Positions 20,328-29,942 are shown, numbered from the stretch's first letter. The stretch: 64,000 nt of DNA from Candidatus Omnitrophota bacterium (GCA_016214265.1 JACROU010000034.1:5878-69877), one strand, 5' to 3'. Numbers and translations are program-made. Notes: generated from the sequence alone by a model not told the origin.

Positions 20328-21815
20328 TTAAAACTTCCACAAGAGATCAACCTGCAGACGCCGCTGTGTTTCGTCAATCACTCCGGCCGTCCCGGCATTT
20401 AAATTATCAACCAGATAGCCGGAGCAAGAAAAAATCAGGCTATCCGTTATGCAATAACTTAGTTTAAGCACACTACCCTGTTTGCCGGCGTAGCCATTAC
20501 CAAAATCGCTATCCGAGAAAGCACCAACAACCGCATTGGCGCCAATATAGCGATACTCATAACGCGCTTCCCAGTCACCCTTTTTGTTGACAGATCCCAA
20601 ACGTGTTCCCAAAGCCCACGCAAAATCGGAGTGCAAAATGGTTCCCCCCTGATTTCCAATGGGACTGGCGCCAACGTTATCCGCGATATCAACGAAGAAT
20701 CGTGTTGGAAATCCATAAGGATATATGGCAATTTCATTATAAGTTTCAACGACTTGAAATTCGCGGGTATCCAACTGAGAAGTAGGTCCGCTCACATTAG
20801 GGTTACCACGTGCAAGACTGGTACCGCCGAGTGTGAAATTATTGTTCTGCCCGTAGTTCATATAATTGTAGTAAGAAAAGGCGGTTAAAAAATCCACCGG
20901 CCGTTCCAGAAATGGCGTGTAAAAAACAGGATTCAAGCCCCCCTGAATGGCCCAGAGCTCGGAATCTCCAGTCGTGGCAGCATTCAACGAATTCGGAGAA
21001 GCCAGCGCCGAGCTCTCCATCAATACATATTGCCCCGCAAGGAGATAGCCTTTGAGATCAAAATTATCTGAATCGATCAAATTGACATTGATTTTTTCAT
21101 AAACGCCTTCTGGCTTCACATCACGGTCCCAAATAATTTCAGATGAACCTATCTCGAAGGGATTATTTGCTTTACCCGCCGTCACTTCCAATTTCTCAAC
21201 GGGACCTATTTTTGCCCAATTCGGCGTGTAGGTTGCATATGCCTTATCAAACCAGACATTTTTGTAATTAAACAAATTAGTCAAAGTTTGATTTGAGGAC
21301 GTTGGGTCCGTACTCGTTCCTCCCACTTGTCCATCAGCTGTTGTCAGCGAAAATCCCACTTTCATTTGATCACTGAAAGTTTTCTCAAAACCATATCGGA
21401 CACGAAAACGAAAACGGTTACGAGCATCGGTCTCACCGGGATTTCCACTCGTATAATCCTGACCGTCATAGCGCAGTCTCAAATCACCGCCAAATTTCAA
21501 ATCCTTCAGCCATTTACTTGCACCGCCAAGAGCTGTACTCAAGCGTTCGTTGAATTCCGTATCGCTCATGGGGGGAGTTGCTAGCCCTTGCGCTCCTTCA
21601 ACACTTGGAGGTGTCTGAGGGCCTTTGATTTCAAGAGAACGAATTTTCTCATCTTGTTTAACAACGGTCTGTTTCATTTCACCCAGTTCTTTTTTCAAGT
21701 CATCAACCACTTTGCTCAGCACAGCAACCTGGTCGACATCCGCCCAAGCTGTGGTCGAAAAAAGAACAGCGATTAATGAAAACGCTGCGATAACTCGATT
21801 AAATTTCATTGCCAT
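20328..21815 (-). CDS. putative outer-membrane porin (phosphate-regulated) with N-terminal coiled coil
   Basis: Signal peptide, coiled coil, GDLRLRY...R.RFRFRVR, WDRDV.PEG, C-terminal beta-signal LQVDLLWKF; lies between phoR and pstS. Confidence 0.85.
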   Translation of the reverse strand: MAMKFNRVIAAFSLIAVLFSTTAWADVDQVAVLSKVVDDLKKELGEMKQTVVKQDEKIRSLEIKGPQTPPSVEGAQGLATPPMSDTEFNERLSTALGGASKWLKDLKFGGDLRLRYDGQDYTSGNPGETDARNRFRFRVRYGFEKTFSDQMKVGFSLTTADGQVGGTSTDPTSSNQTLTNLFNYKNVWFDKAYATYTPNWAKIGPVEKLEVTAGKANNPFEIGSSEIIWDRDVKPEGVYEKINVNLIDSDNFDLKGYLLAGQYVLMESSALASPNSLNAATTGDSELWAIQGGLNPVFYTPFLERPVDFLTAFSYYNYMNYGQNNNFTLGGTSLARGNPNVSGPTSQLDTREFQVVETYNEIAIYPYGFPTRFFVDIADNVGASPIGNQGGTILHSDFAWALGTRLGSVNKKGDWEARYEYRYIGANAVVGAFSDSDFGNGYAGKQGSVLKLSYCITDSLIFSCSGYLVDNLNAGTAGVIDETQRRLQVDLLWKF

Positions 21816-21883
21816 TTCCTCCTTGATTGATTTTTAATTACTTCAGAACTCTAGAGAAGTGTACAAATGCCGCGTCTTGAAAA

Positions 21884-21911
21884 TATTAGGAACATGTAAA
21901 AAACGGGTAAA
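21884..21911 (-). promoter_or_regulatory. Pho-box-like 11-bp direct repeats upstream of the porin
   Basis: Minus strand: TTTACC-cgttt-TTTACA-tgttc-CTAATA. Confidence 0.6.
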
Positions 21912-21932
21912 TCCAGGACCAGAGCTCGAAAA

Positions 21933-23738
21933 TCAGGATATGGTCCTGGTTTGAGAGATTCGAAGGGTGAACGAAAACCGGGATCCTTTTCCTGCCATAC
22001 TTTCACAAGAAACTTTACCGCCGTGGGCTTCAATAATATGCTTCACGATGGAAAGGCCCAGACCCGTGCCGCCCTCTTGCCGCGAACGGGCCTTATCTAC
22101 GCGGTAAAATCGCTCAAAAACACGGGCAATTTCATCCTGAGGAATTCCAATTCCCGTGTCTTCAATAGATATCTTCAAAAAATCACCGGCCTTTTCCGCA
22201 TCGATAATAATATTTCCGCCATCCTGATTAAACTTGATGGCGTTATCGATTAAATTGACAAGCACCTGCTTCAATTTATCCCTATCCGCCAAAATACGTC
22301 GACCCAAACTTTCCGCGATTCGATTTTCGAGCTGAATTCTTTTTTTCTTGATAGCTGGATAAAGCACAGAAAGCACGGCATCCATTTCCTGCTTTAAATC
22401 CAGCGACTCCAACTGTAGCGGCGATTGTTTCGACTCGATTTTTGACAAATCCAGAAGATCATCAATCAATCGGGTCAGCCGATCCGCATCGTCTTCGATC
22501 CGTTTCAGAAAATCCGCGCTTTTCTCAGGATCCTTCGACGCTCCAGACCGTAACGTTTCTGCGAATCCTTTAATCGATGTCAAAGGAGTCCTGAGCTCGT
22601 GAGACACATTAGCGACAAAATCACGCCGCATATTCTCCAGCTTTTTAACTTCGGTCACATCCGACAAAACCAAAACTCCCCGGACATCCCCATTTTGTTT
22701 CTCAATTCCCACCGCGTTTACATTCAAAAATTTCTCTTCAAACCTCGCGATCTCAAGCACTTTTTTGACAATCCCCCCCGTTTTCATCGCCTCACTCATC
22801 ATTTCATCAATTTCAGGATTGCGAACCACTTCAAGAAGACCTCTGCCCAAAACCTGACTTTCTACAATACCAAAAACTTCTTCAGCACCAGGATTGACGG
22901 TCAGAACGCTTCTGTCTCCGTCAACTGCAACAATCCCCTCCGACATATTTTTCAGAATTGCCGAAAGTTTTGCTCTCTGGCCTTCGCTCTCCGAAATACG
23001 AAGCTTGAGTGCCTTTACCATTTCATTCATGGCATCGGCCAGAATTTTCAGCTCGTCCTCGGCATCAATATAAATTTTCTCGGACAAATCCCCGCGAGCG
23101 TATCGCGTAGCCGCACGAGTCATCACCGCAATTCTAGAGCTGACGCGTCCGCCCAACCACAAGGCACAGATGATGATAAAAAATATTCCGGCGGCGGTTC
23201 CAATCAATACAGGTTTTTCGACCGTAGAAAAAGTTCGACGAACTATAGCCAATGGCAGACTAGCCCGGAAAATTCCAACCACGGAGTGAGAATCTTTGAT
23301 GGGAAGGGCAACATAAAGGATGTTAGTCTTCAACGTTTTACTGAAACGCTCGCTCATCCCGATGCCCTTCTTAAGTGCCTCCTGAACCTCGGGCCGCTCA
23401 AGATGATTATCCATTTGCTGCAAAGCTTCCCAGGATTCCTCTGACTCACCCAAAACAAAGCCGTCCGCACGAATCACAGTCAGACGGGCATCAGAATCTT
23501 TGCCCAATTTATGAATTAACGAATGTATTTTGCGGCGGTCGCCCTCTTGAATGAGCGCGGGTGTGATAATATTTTCGATAAGATGCAAACGCACAATGAG
23601 CGATTGCTTAAGCTCAGCTCGGATTTGCTGACGAAGCGAAAACGATATGTAGGCACCGGTGGCGATGAACACCACCGCGAAGAGCGTCAAAAATGCAAAA
23701 GTAATTTTCCGGCCAAATTTTTTTCGGATGAAATTCAT
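21933..23738 (-). CDS. phoR: phosphate sensor histidine kinase
   Basis: 2 TM, DNHLERPEV periplasmic motif, HAMP, PAS, FVANVSHELRTPLT, FERFYRVDKARSR..GGTGLGL. Confidence 0.93.
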   Translation of the reverse strand: MNFIRKKFGRKITFAFLTLFAVVFIATGAYISFSLRQQIRAELKQSLIVRLHLIENIITPALIQEGDRRKIHSLIHKLGKDSDARLTVIRADGFVLGESEESWEALQQMDNHLERPEVQEALKKGIGMSERFSKTLKTNILYVALPIKDSHSVVGIFRASLPLAIVRRTFSTVEKPVLIGTAAGIFFIIICALWLGGRVSSRIAVMTRAATRYARGDLSEKIYIDAEDELKILADAMNEMVKALKLRISESEGQRAKLSAILKNMSEGIVAVDGDRSVLTVNPGAEEVFGIVESQVLGRGLLEVVRNPEIDEMMSEAMKTGGIVKKVLEIARFEEKFLNVNAVGIEKQNGDVRGVLVLSDVTEVKKLENMRRDFVANVSHELRTPLTSIKGFAETLRSGASKDPEKSADFLKRIEDDADRLTRLIDDLLDLSKIESKQSPLQLESLDLKQEMDAVLSVLYPAIKKKRIQLENRIAESLGRRILADRDKLKQVLVNLIDNAIKFNQDGGNIIIDAEKAGDFLKISIEDTGIGIPQDEIARVFERFYRVDKARSRQEGGTGLGLSIVKHIIEAHGGKVSCESMAGKGSRFSFTLRISQTRTIS

Positions 23739-24427
23739 AATTCCTGGTCAAAACGGTAACCCACATTTTTAACCGTGACCAGCCTCTGGGCTTCTGCTTT
23801 AAGTTTTTTTCTGAGCTGTCCAATGTGCATGTCGATGGTGCGCGTTTCAATGTTGACCGATTGATCGTAACCCCAAGCGTGTTCAAGAAGAAACTCGCGC
23901 GAAAGCACACGCCCTCCAGCCTCGAGCAGCGCTTTCAGAAGATCGTATTCTTTCGAGGTCATCTCCACCGTTTTACCTTTCACACTGACGATATGCTTTT
24001 CGGTATCGATTTGAAGCATTCCCGATTTTAGAATTTTTGTTTTGGGTTTTTCATAATGACGGCGAAGCACTGCTTTGACGCGGGCTACAAGTTCGCGGGG
24101 ACTGAACGGCTTGGTCATGTAATCATCGGCGCCCAGCTCGAGGCCGACAATCTTATCTGCTTCCTGAGCTTTTGCGGTCAAAATAATGATGGGAATGTGA
24201 GCCGTTTTTTCATCCTGCTTGAGAATTTTGGTGATTTCAATTCCGTTCATGCCAGGAAGCATGAGGTCGAGCACAAGAAGATCCGGCTTTTGCCTGCGAG
24301 CCTGCTCCAGTCCGGAATCTCCTCGGGAAGACGCCAGCACGCGATAGCCCGCATCCTCGAGATTGTATTTCACCAGCTCGAGAATATTACTTTCGTCTTC
24401 GACCACTAAAATTGTTTCTTTTTTCAT
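23735..24427 (-). CDS. phoB: OmpR-family phosphate response regulator
   Basis: REC (VEDE, DLMLPG, GADDYMTKPFS) plus winged helix (TRTIDMHI..LR.KL, TVKNVGY); translationally coupled to phoR. Confidence 0.9.
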   Translation of the reverse strand: MKKETILVVEDESNILELVKYNLEDAGYRVLASSRGDSGLEQARRQKPDLLVLDLMLPGMNGIEITKILKQDEKTAHIPIIILTAKAQEADKIVGLELGADDYMTKPFSPRELVARVKAVLRRHYEKPKTKILKSGMLQIDTEKHIVSVKGKTVEMTSKEYDLLKALLEAGGRVLSREFLLEHAWGYDQSVNIETRTIDMHIGQLRKKLKAEAQRLVTVKNVGYRFDQEL

Positions 24428-24461
24428 TAAAATCCTCTTATTCCCATCTCAAGATGGGGGA

Positions 24462-24797
24462 TTATTTTTTTGCCCGATACATAATGACATTCACTTTTTC
24501 CAGCGTAATCAATCCCTCCTGAACCATCTCGTCAAGTTTCGGCAGGAATTTGCTGATTTTCTCCTCACTGTCCACAATTTCAATAATGATGGGCAAATCT
24601 TCGGACAACCGGAGCAATTTGGCCGTATGCATGTGACTTTTGCAGCCGAAGCCCAAGAACCCTTTAATAGCAGTTGCGCCGGCCAGTCCTTCCTTTTTCG
24701 CCAAGTGAACAATCGCCTCGTAAAGAGGCTGGCCCTTCCATTGATCCGCTTCTCCGATGAATATGCGTAACAGCTTCCCATCTGCTGGAATTTTCAT
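24462..24797 (-). CDS. DUF190 (P-II-like) protein
   Basis: LLRIFIGE.D...G.PLYEAIV, GLAGAT, GFG, LSEDLPI.IEIVD; common crcB neighbour. Confidence 0.92.
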   Translation of the reverse strand: MKIPADGKLLRIFIGEADQWKGQPLYEAIVHLAKKEGLAGATAIKGFLGFGCKSHMHTAKLLRLSEDLPIIIEIVDSEEKISKFLPKLDEMVQEGLITLEKVNVIMYRAKK

Positions 24798-24811
24798 AGA
24801 CCTTTTCTCCT

Positions 24812-25186
24812 TTAAATCAGTTTAGCGATTAACATTCCGACCCAAAAAATAACGAACCCGGCAATGACGCTGATCACAACATTCAAGAACGCGCGCAACA
24901 CTTCGCCGTCGCGCATCAGATTGAATGTTTCCAGAATAAAAGTAGAAAAGGTGGTGAATGCTCCGCAGAATCCGATCATCAGGAGCACTTTCAGATTCGG
25001 GCCCAGCAGGAACTTTTCGTCCGCCAGGGTGCTGAGAAATCCAATCAGGAAACATCCTGAAAGATTCACCGCAAGCGTACCGTACGGAAAATCGGTTCCG
25101 AAGATCCGGTAAATGACGCCCGCCAAGGCATATCGGGCGAAAGTTCCGGTCAATCCTCCGAGAGCCAGACTCAACCACTTAAGCAT
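24812..25186 (-). CDS. crcB: fluoride efflux channel Fluc/CrcB
   Basis: GG..G...RY, FPYGTLAVNLSGCF, GFCGAFTTFSTF. Confidence 0.97.
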   Translation of the reverse strand: MLKWLSLALGGLTGTFARYALAGVIYRIFGTDFPYGTLAVNLSGCFLIGFLSTLADEKFLLGPNLKVLLMIGFCGAFTTFSTFILETFNLMRDGEVLRAFLNVVISVIAGFVIFWVGMLIAKLI

Positions 25187-25202
25187 TAGACTATCCTTCC
25201 GG

Positions 25203-25241
25203 GGTAAGATCAGCGTGAGGTTAATGTAAAGTTTGTGTCAA
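25203..25241 (-). promoter_or_regulatory. Pho-box-like 11-bp direct repeats upstream of crcB-DUF190-phoB-phoR
   Basis: Minus strand: TTGACA-caaac-TTTACA-ttaac-CTCACG-ctgat-CTTACC; the 18-mer at 25221-25238 is identical to 20301-20318 upstream of pstS. Confidence 0.7.
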
Positions 25242-25242
25242 G

Positions 25243-25857
25243 TTACGGCTTTGGCAAATTCACTTTCTTCCCTTGAGACAAGAAACAAAGAAAAGCGATA
25301 ACAAGGGCCACAATACTTAATAGTATTCCGGCAAAGGCGATAAGCATAATTTGATTCGGCTTTTTGTTGATCGCGTGAATTTCTCCAGAAGGCAGGCCAT
25401 CCAGCTTTTCCGGAAACTGGATTGCGTTTGAGGATAAAACATCGGAAGATTCAAATTGTTCGTTGACGATGCTCCCCTCAATGGTTCCTTCAACGCGGAA
25501 GATGTATTTTCCAGTACGGGTTGGCAAAAAATATCCCGCGTACGCGCCAGGTTCTCCGGATAACGGTTTCAGCTCGACGGAGAGCGTTTTGTCAGCGAAA
25601 ATGATCGTGCCTTTCAGCGATTGTTCAAGCCCGAAAATCGGACGGTTGTTCCGAGCGGAAGGATTTTTGATCAGAAACACAGCCGCATTCATTTGACCAG
25701 CAAAAGCCGGATCAGTCAGAAAGCCGACGACAAATTCATATTTTCCAGCAACTTTTCGATGTTCGAGAGCATAAGCCGATTGCTGAAAATAAACGAATGA
25801 TGCAAGCATCAAGAAAACGAAAACAATAAGTGACTTGAGATTAAATTCGAACTTCAC
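25243..25857 (-). CDS. exported hypothetical protein with C-terminal membrane anchor (Ig/YtkA-like fold suspected)
   Basis: GTG start with AGGAGG RBS; signal peptide, PGAY...F.PT..G.Y.F pattern, C-terminal TM helix. Confidence 0.65.
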   Translation of the reverse strand: MKFEFNLKSLIVFVFLMLASFVYFQQSAYALEHRKVAGKYEFVVGFLTDPAFAGQMNAAVFLIKNPSARNNRPIFGLEQSLKGTIIFADKTLSVELKPLSGEPGAYAGYFLPTRTGKYIFRVEGTIEGSIVNEQFESSDVLSSNAIQFPEKLDGLPSGEIHAINKKPNQIMLIAFAGILLSIVALVIAFLCFLSQGKKVNLPKP

Positions 25858-25873
25858 GCGACACCTCCTGTAA

Positions 25874-26875
25874 TTAAACTGATTCCAAAATATATTGAAA
25901 AATAAGCGGCGCGACTATCGTAGCATCCGATTCGATGATGAATCTCGGCGTCTTGGCATCCAATTTTCCCCACGTGATTTTTTCATTAGGAACCGCGCCC
26001 GAATAGGAACCGTACGAAGTAGTGGAATCGGAAATCTGGCAAAAATAGCCCCACAGCTTGCACTCCTCGCGCAAGTCCTGAATAATCAAAGGAACCACAC
26101 AAATCGGAAAATCTCCGGAAATGCCCCCCGCGATTTGAAAAAAACCAATCGTTTCTTTTATGGAATTGGCCCGGTACCAATCGATGAGCGCGGCCATTTG
26201 TTCCAACCCGGATTTAACGACCTGATAATTCGAGACTTCTCCGCGAATCACATTTGCCACAAAAATATTGCCGAGCGTGGAATCCTCCCAGCCTGGCGTA
26301 AAAATGGGGAGATTTTTTTCACAGGCGGCAACCAACCATGAATCTGCCGGATCGATTTGATAATCCGCCTTGATCTCGCCGCTTTTAATCAGCTGGTACA
26401 TGTACTCGTACGGAAAAAAACGCTGTTTCGTCTGATCCGCTTTTCGCCACAGTTTCAGCACTTTTCGTTCGATGCGTCGCATCGCCTCTTCTTCCGGAAT
26501 ACAGGTATCGGTCACCCGGTTCAACCCTGCTTCACGAAGCGCCAGCTCTTCCTCAGCCGTCAGATTCCGGTAATTCGGAACACGCTTGTAATGGTCATGC
26601 GCGACGAGATTGAAAATATCTTCTTCGAGATTGGCCCCGGTACAGCAAATCCCGTGAACTTTATCCTGACGAATCATCTCGGCCAGCGTGATACCCAGCT
26701 CGGCCGTACTCATCGCACCGCCCAACGTCACAAACATTTTCCCGCCTTTTTTCAAGTGGCTGATGTAAGCCTCAGCCGCGTCGACTATAACCGCAGCATT
26801 AAAATGCCGGAAATTTTTTTTGATAAAATCCTTAATTAAGATATTCTTTTTGCCCATAGCCGTCTGAGAAATCAT
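25874..26875 (-). CDS. deoxyhypusine synthase-like protein (probable homospermidine synthesis)
   Basis: GGAMSTAELG, TGANLEED, PGWEDSTLGN, GSYSGAVPNEKITWGK, ESDATIVAP; ATGA overlap with the upstream permease. Confidence 0.9.
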   Translation of the reverse strand: MISQTAMGKKNILIKDFIKKNFRHFNAAVIVDAAEAYISHLKKGGKMFVTLGGAMSTAELGITLAEMIRQDKVHGICCTGANLEEDIFNLVAHDHYKRVPNYRNLTAEEELALREAGLNRVTDTCIPEEEAMRRIERKVLKLWRKADQTKQRFFPYEYMYQLIKSGEIKADYQIDPADSWLVAACEKNLPIFTPGWEDSTLGNIFVANVIRGEVSNYQVVKSGLEQMAALIDWYRANSIKETIGFFQIAGGISGDFPICVVPLIIQDLREECKLWGYFCQISDSTTSYGSYSGAVPNEKITWGKLDAKTPRFIIESDATIVAPLIFQYILESV

Positions 26876-27693
26876 AGTCTCACCTTTACCATTTTGAGTA
26901 CTGCCAGAATGACAAGCACTGTGCCAAAAACACATATTATTGTAGCCCCTGTCGGGAAATCAAGGAAGTAAGAAATCGTGATCCCCAAAAAGCTCACAAC
27001 CGTTCCGGTGGCCCAACCTAACAAAAGACGGGTGGAAAGTTTCGTCGCAAATAAAATCGCGGCTACTGCCGGAACAATCAGGTACGAAAACACGAGCAGA
27101 ACGCCAGCAATTTGAACCGAACTTGTGACCACAACACCGAACGTGAGATAAAAAACCAAATCCCACAACTTCACATTCATCCCCCGCTGAAATGCCAGCA
27201 CAGGCTTCGTCGAAATAAGAATAAATATCCGCCGGAAATACCAGTGAAACACCCCGAGCAGGCTGTAAAGCAGTAGAATTTTAATAATTTGCGGCACACT
27301 CACGAGCAGGACATTCCCGATCAGCATCGAGCGGATGTGTTCGTCGCCCTCTGCGGAGCGGCTCAAAATCATAATCGCTGCAGCCGCCGCCATCGCGTAC
27401 ACGATTCCGATAATCGCCTCTTGCGGAATTTTTTCATGCCGCGTACGCGTAATCGAAAATATGAGCGCGCCGAGCACGGTCGCCAAAAGCGAAAACCAGT
27501 ACGTAACACTGCTATGAAGTTCGTAGCCGAACAAAATTGCGCAAGTTGCCCCAAGCGCGGCAATCTGAGCGAGCGCAAGATCCACGAAAATAACCTTGCG
27601 CTCAATCACATGAATTCCTAGATAAACATGAATACCAGTGAGAATCAAGCACGCCAGAAGCGGCTTCCACATAATCAGGAAAAAATCATTCAT
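26872..27693 (-). CDS. metal (Zn/Mn) ABC-3 permease
   Basis: H.YLG.HVI.R.VIFVDLALAQIAALG, EAIIG, SVQIAGVLLVFS.LIVPA, D.PTG. Confidence 0.9.
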   Translation of the reverse strand: MNDFFLIMWKPLLACLILTGIHVYLGIHVIERKVIFVDLALAQIAALGATCAILFGYELHSSVTYWFSLLATVLGALIFSITRTRHEKIPQEAIIGIVYAMAAAAAIMILSRSAEGDEHIRSMLIGNVLLVSVPQIIKILLLYSLLGVFHWYFRRIFILISTKPVLAFQRGMNVKLWDLVFYLTFGVVVTSSVQIAGVLLVFSYLIVPAVAAILFATKLSTRLLLGWATGTVVSFLGITISYFLDFPTGATIICVFGTVLVILAVLKMVKVRL

Positions 27694-28604
27694 TGGAGCG
27701 CCTGCACGATTTGATTAATGTCATAATCGATCATTGAAAAATAGTCGCCCGCCTCTTTTTTACCGTTTACATTTTGCGTCAAATTTAACAGGCGCGCACC
27801 GGTATCTTTGGAAACTTTTTTGGGAGTCGAAGTTTCATTGAACGGCTCGATGATAATAATTTTCACATTCCGTTCTTTCATCATCCGCTCAAGACCGGCA
27901 AGATGCTTCGCTGTCGGCGGAATCCCCGGTTTCGGCTCTAATTCACCGACCGATTCAAGCCCGAAACGTTCGGTGAAATACGGCCAACTTTTGTGATACG
28001 TGACCACCGAAGCACCTTTACACAAAGCCATCGCAGCCTGCCAGTGTTTCATTTTCTCATCCATCTTTCGGTTAAATTGCTCAAGATTTTGCCGAAAATA
28101 TTTTTCGCTCTCAGGGAAAATTCTGGAAAATCCATCCGCGATATTTCCCGCCATGATTTTCGCGTTTACAGGATCAATCGCGTAATGCGGATTGCCGAAA
28201 GCATGAATATCCCCTTCGGTTCTGGAATACGTTGTCGGAATTTCAAGCAATGGAACGCCCACGGAAGCGTCAATAGCACCCTCATCCTTTTTGAGAAATG
28301 CCGGATTTCCTGCCGCGACAAGCATCGCATCACGCCAGGCTTCCAAATCCAGTCCGCCGTGGACAAAAACACGGGCTTTTTTGAGCATCATCAAATCCTT
28401 CGGATTCGGCTGAATCTGGTGAATGTCCCGAATCGGCGAAGCGACATGATGAACACTCACTTTTTCACCCGCGATTTCGCGGACAAGGCTTTCGAGCGTA
28501 GTCGTTGTCGTCACCACCCGGATTTTTTCTGCTGCAAAAGCACTATGACTTAAAAAAGTAAGCGCGAACAAAAACCAAATTATTTTTCTCATTTTAGTCT
28601 CCAA
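27690..28604 (-). CDS. metal ABC substrate-binding protein (ZnuA/TroA cluster A-I)
   Basis: VVTT, D.H, G.DLE.W, GDIHAFGNPHY, YHKSW.YF, EPKPGIPPT..HL. Confidence 0.92.
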   Translation of the reverse strand: METKMRKIIWFLFALTFLSHSAFAAEKIRVVTTTTTLESLVREIAGEKVSVHHVASPIRDIHQIQPNPKDLMMLKKARVFVHGGLDLEAWRDAMLVAAGNPAFLKKDEGAIDASVGVPLLEIPTTYSRTEGDIHAFGNPHYAIDPVNAKIMAGNIADGFSRIFPESEKYFRQNLEQFNRKMDEKMKHWQAAMALCKGASVVTYHKSWPYFTERFGLESVGELEPKPGIPPTAKHLAGLERMMKERNVKIIIIEPFNETSTPKKVSKDTGARLLNLTQNVNGKKEAGDYFSMIDYDINQIVQALQ

Positions 28605-29942
28605 TCATTGAACTGGATGTTTGTCGACACCAATCGTGATATTCGCCTTCAGATAAACCGCATCATCCGTTCTTTCACCAGGAATTCCCGGATCCGAATG
28701 CGTGTACTGAAGAATGAAGCTGGCGAACTCGCTTTCCCACAACGTCACGTAAGGAGAAATCGCCAGCGACGGACGGCCACGGTCAAACGTTTCGAGCGGA
28801 TCAACCACATCAAGCCGGCAGCCTACGCTCCACAACGGGGACATGCGATAATCCACCAGCGTGTAAAAACCCCATGGTGTGGAATTCGCAACAACCAGCT
28901 TAGTGCGGTCTTCCAAATACCATTCGCTCTGAAATTTCAGCGTACGGCCTTCAGATAAATGCCGGATCAATGTGGCGTCCCAGCCCAAGACATGAACTCC
29001 GTAACGGCCCCCTCCTTTGGGACTTTGAACAAAAATTTCCGCACCTGTCGAATCGATCAGAGAACGCGGAATATTTTCATCGCCAAACATCGCGGTGCCG
29101 CCGAGTTCCAAATTCATCGAGTCCCCTAACTCAAAAAATGTTTTCAGGTGCGTATCAAAAATCGGACGCCGGGAAATGCCCGAAAAACTGCTACCGTTAT
29201 TGCCGCGAAGCAGCTCTCCGGAAATTTCCAGCGGAAGATCCCAGGGATTCGAAATTTGATTCGTTAATCGAATGCCCGAAGACGACAAGCCCTCCTCTGA
29301 GAAAAAGTCGCGAATCACAAGCGGATAGTCCACCGTCTCGAGCTGTTCCAGATGAAGCAGGTTCTGCTTGCCGATTTTCGCGCGGAATTTTCCGGCCTTC
29401 GCCGTAAACCCGAGAGGAAGGTCCCAGCGTGTGTAGTAGGCTTCTTCAATGTCAACGTTTTGATCTTCCAGCGCGTCGTTGAAACTGAGTGTGGCATCGA
29501 AACGTGAATATGGATCGACATAAGAACCAAAATTCAGCTCCAGCTCTTTCATCACGATCGTGTCATTTCCGTCCACGTCGTTCGTGTTGTTACGAGACAC
29601 ATTTCCCTGCACCACTCCAACCACACCAATGTCGGGATTGAATCCTTGAGACAGCCCGAAAAATCCGGGCGAGCTTTTCACCGGCTGTGGCTTGCGCGCG
29701 GCTTCAGCTCCCGTTGCAATCTGCCCGATTTTTCTTTCGAACTTATCTTCGAGAGAAATAATTTGTGACTGCTGGGAGCGAATCACTTCGTTTTGATTGT
29801 CCACCGTCGCCCGCAGCTTTTCGACAGACGTCTGCATTTTGATCAATTGATCTTGCAATGATTTCAAAACCTCTTCCTGGGCTTCCGCTCTACCAACGGA
29901 AAGAAGCAGAATGCAGGAGAGGGTCATAACCTGAATGCGCAT
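28605..29942 (-). CDS. outer-membrane beta-barrel protein of a metal-uptake operon
   Basis: Signal peptide plus coiled coil; FNPDI, ELEL...YVDPY, IEEAY, GKF...GK.N..H, SEF, C-terminal G..KH. Confidence 0.75.
   Translation of the reverse strand: MRIQVMTLSCILLLSVGRAEAQEEVLKSLQDQLIKMQTSVEKLRATVDNQNEVIRSQQSQIISLEDKFERKIGQIATGAEAARKPQPVKSSPGFFGLSQGFNPDIGVVGVVQGNVSRNNTNDVDGNDTIVMKELELNFGSYVDPYSRFDATLSFNDALEDQNVDIEEAYYTRWDLPLGFTAKAGKFRAKIGKQNLLHLEQLETVDYPLVIRDFFSEEGLSSSGIRLTNQISNPWDLPLEISGELLRGNNGSSFSGISRRPIFDTHLKTFFELGDSMNLELGGTAMFGDENIPRSLIDSTGAEIFVQSPKGGGRYGVHVLGWDATLIRHLSEGRTLKFQSEWYLEDRTKLVVANSTPWGFYTLVDYRMSPLWSVGCRLDVVDPLETFDRGRPSLAISPYVTLWESEFASFILQYTHSDPGIPGERTDDAVYLKANITIGVDKHPVQ

Noticed and set aside
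24443-24458. CCCATCT-ca-AGATGGG hairpin between DUF190 and phoB as a terminator
   Set aside because: Short stem with no U-tract on the minus strand; unlikely to split the operon.
25187-25242. Fluoride riboswitch upstream of crcB
   Set aside because: Leader is 56 nt and lacks the GGCGAUG...CGCC / GCU.AUGAC consensus; occupied by Pho-box-like repeats.
25874-26875. DHS-like enzyme hypusinating EF-P
   Set aside because: Genes are 23 kb apart, the EF-P tip is Asn, and characterised bacterial DHS-like proteins make homospermidine.
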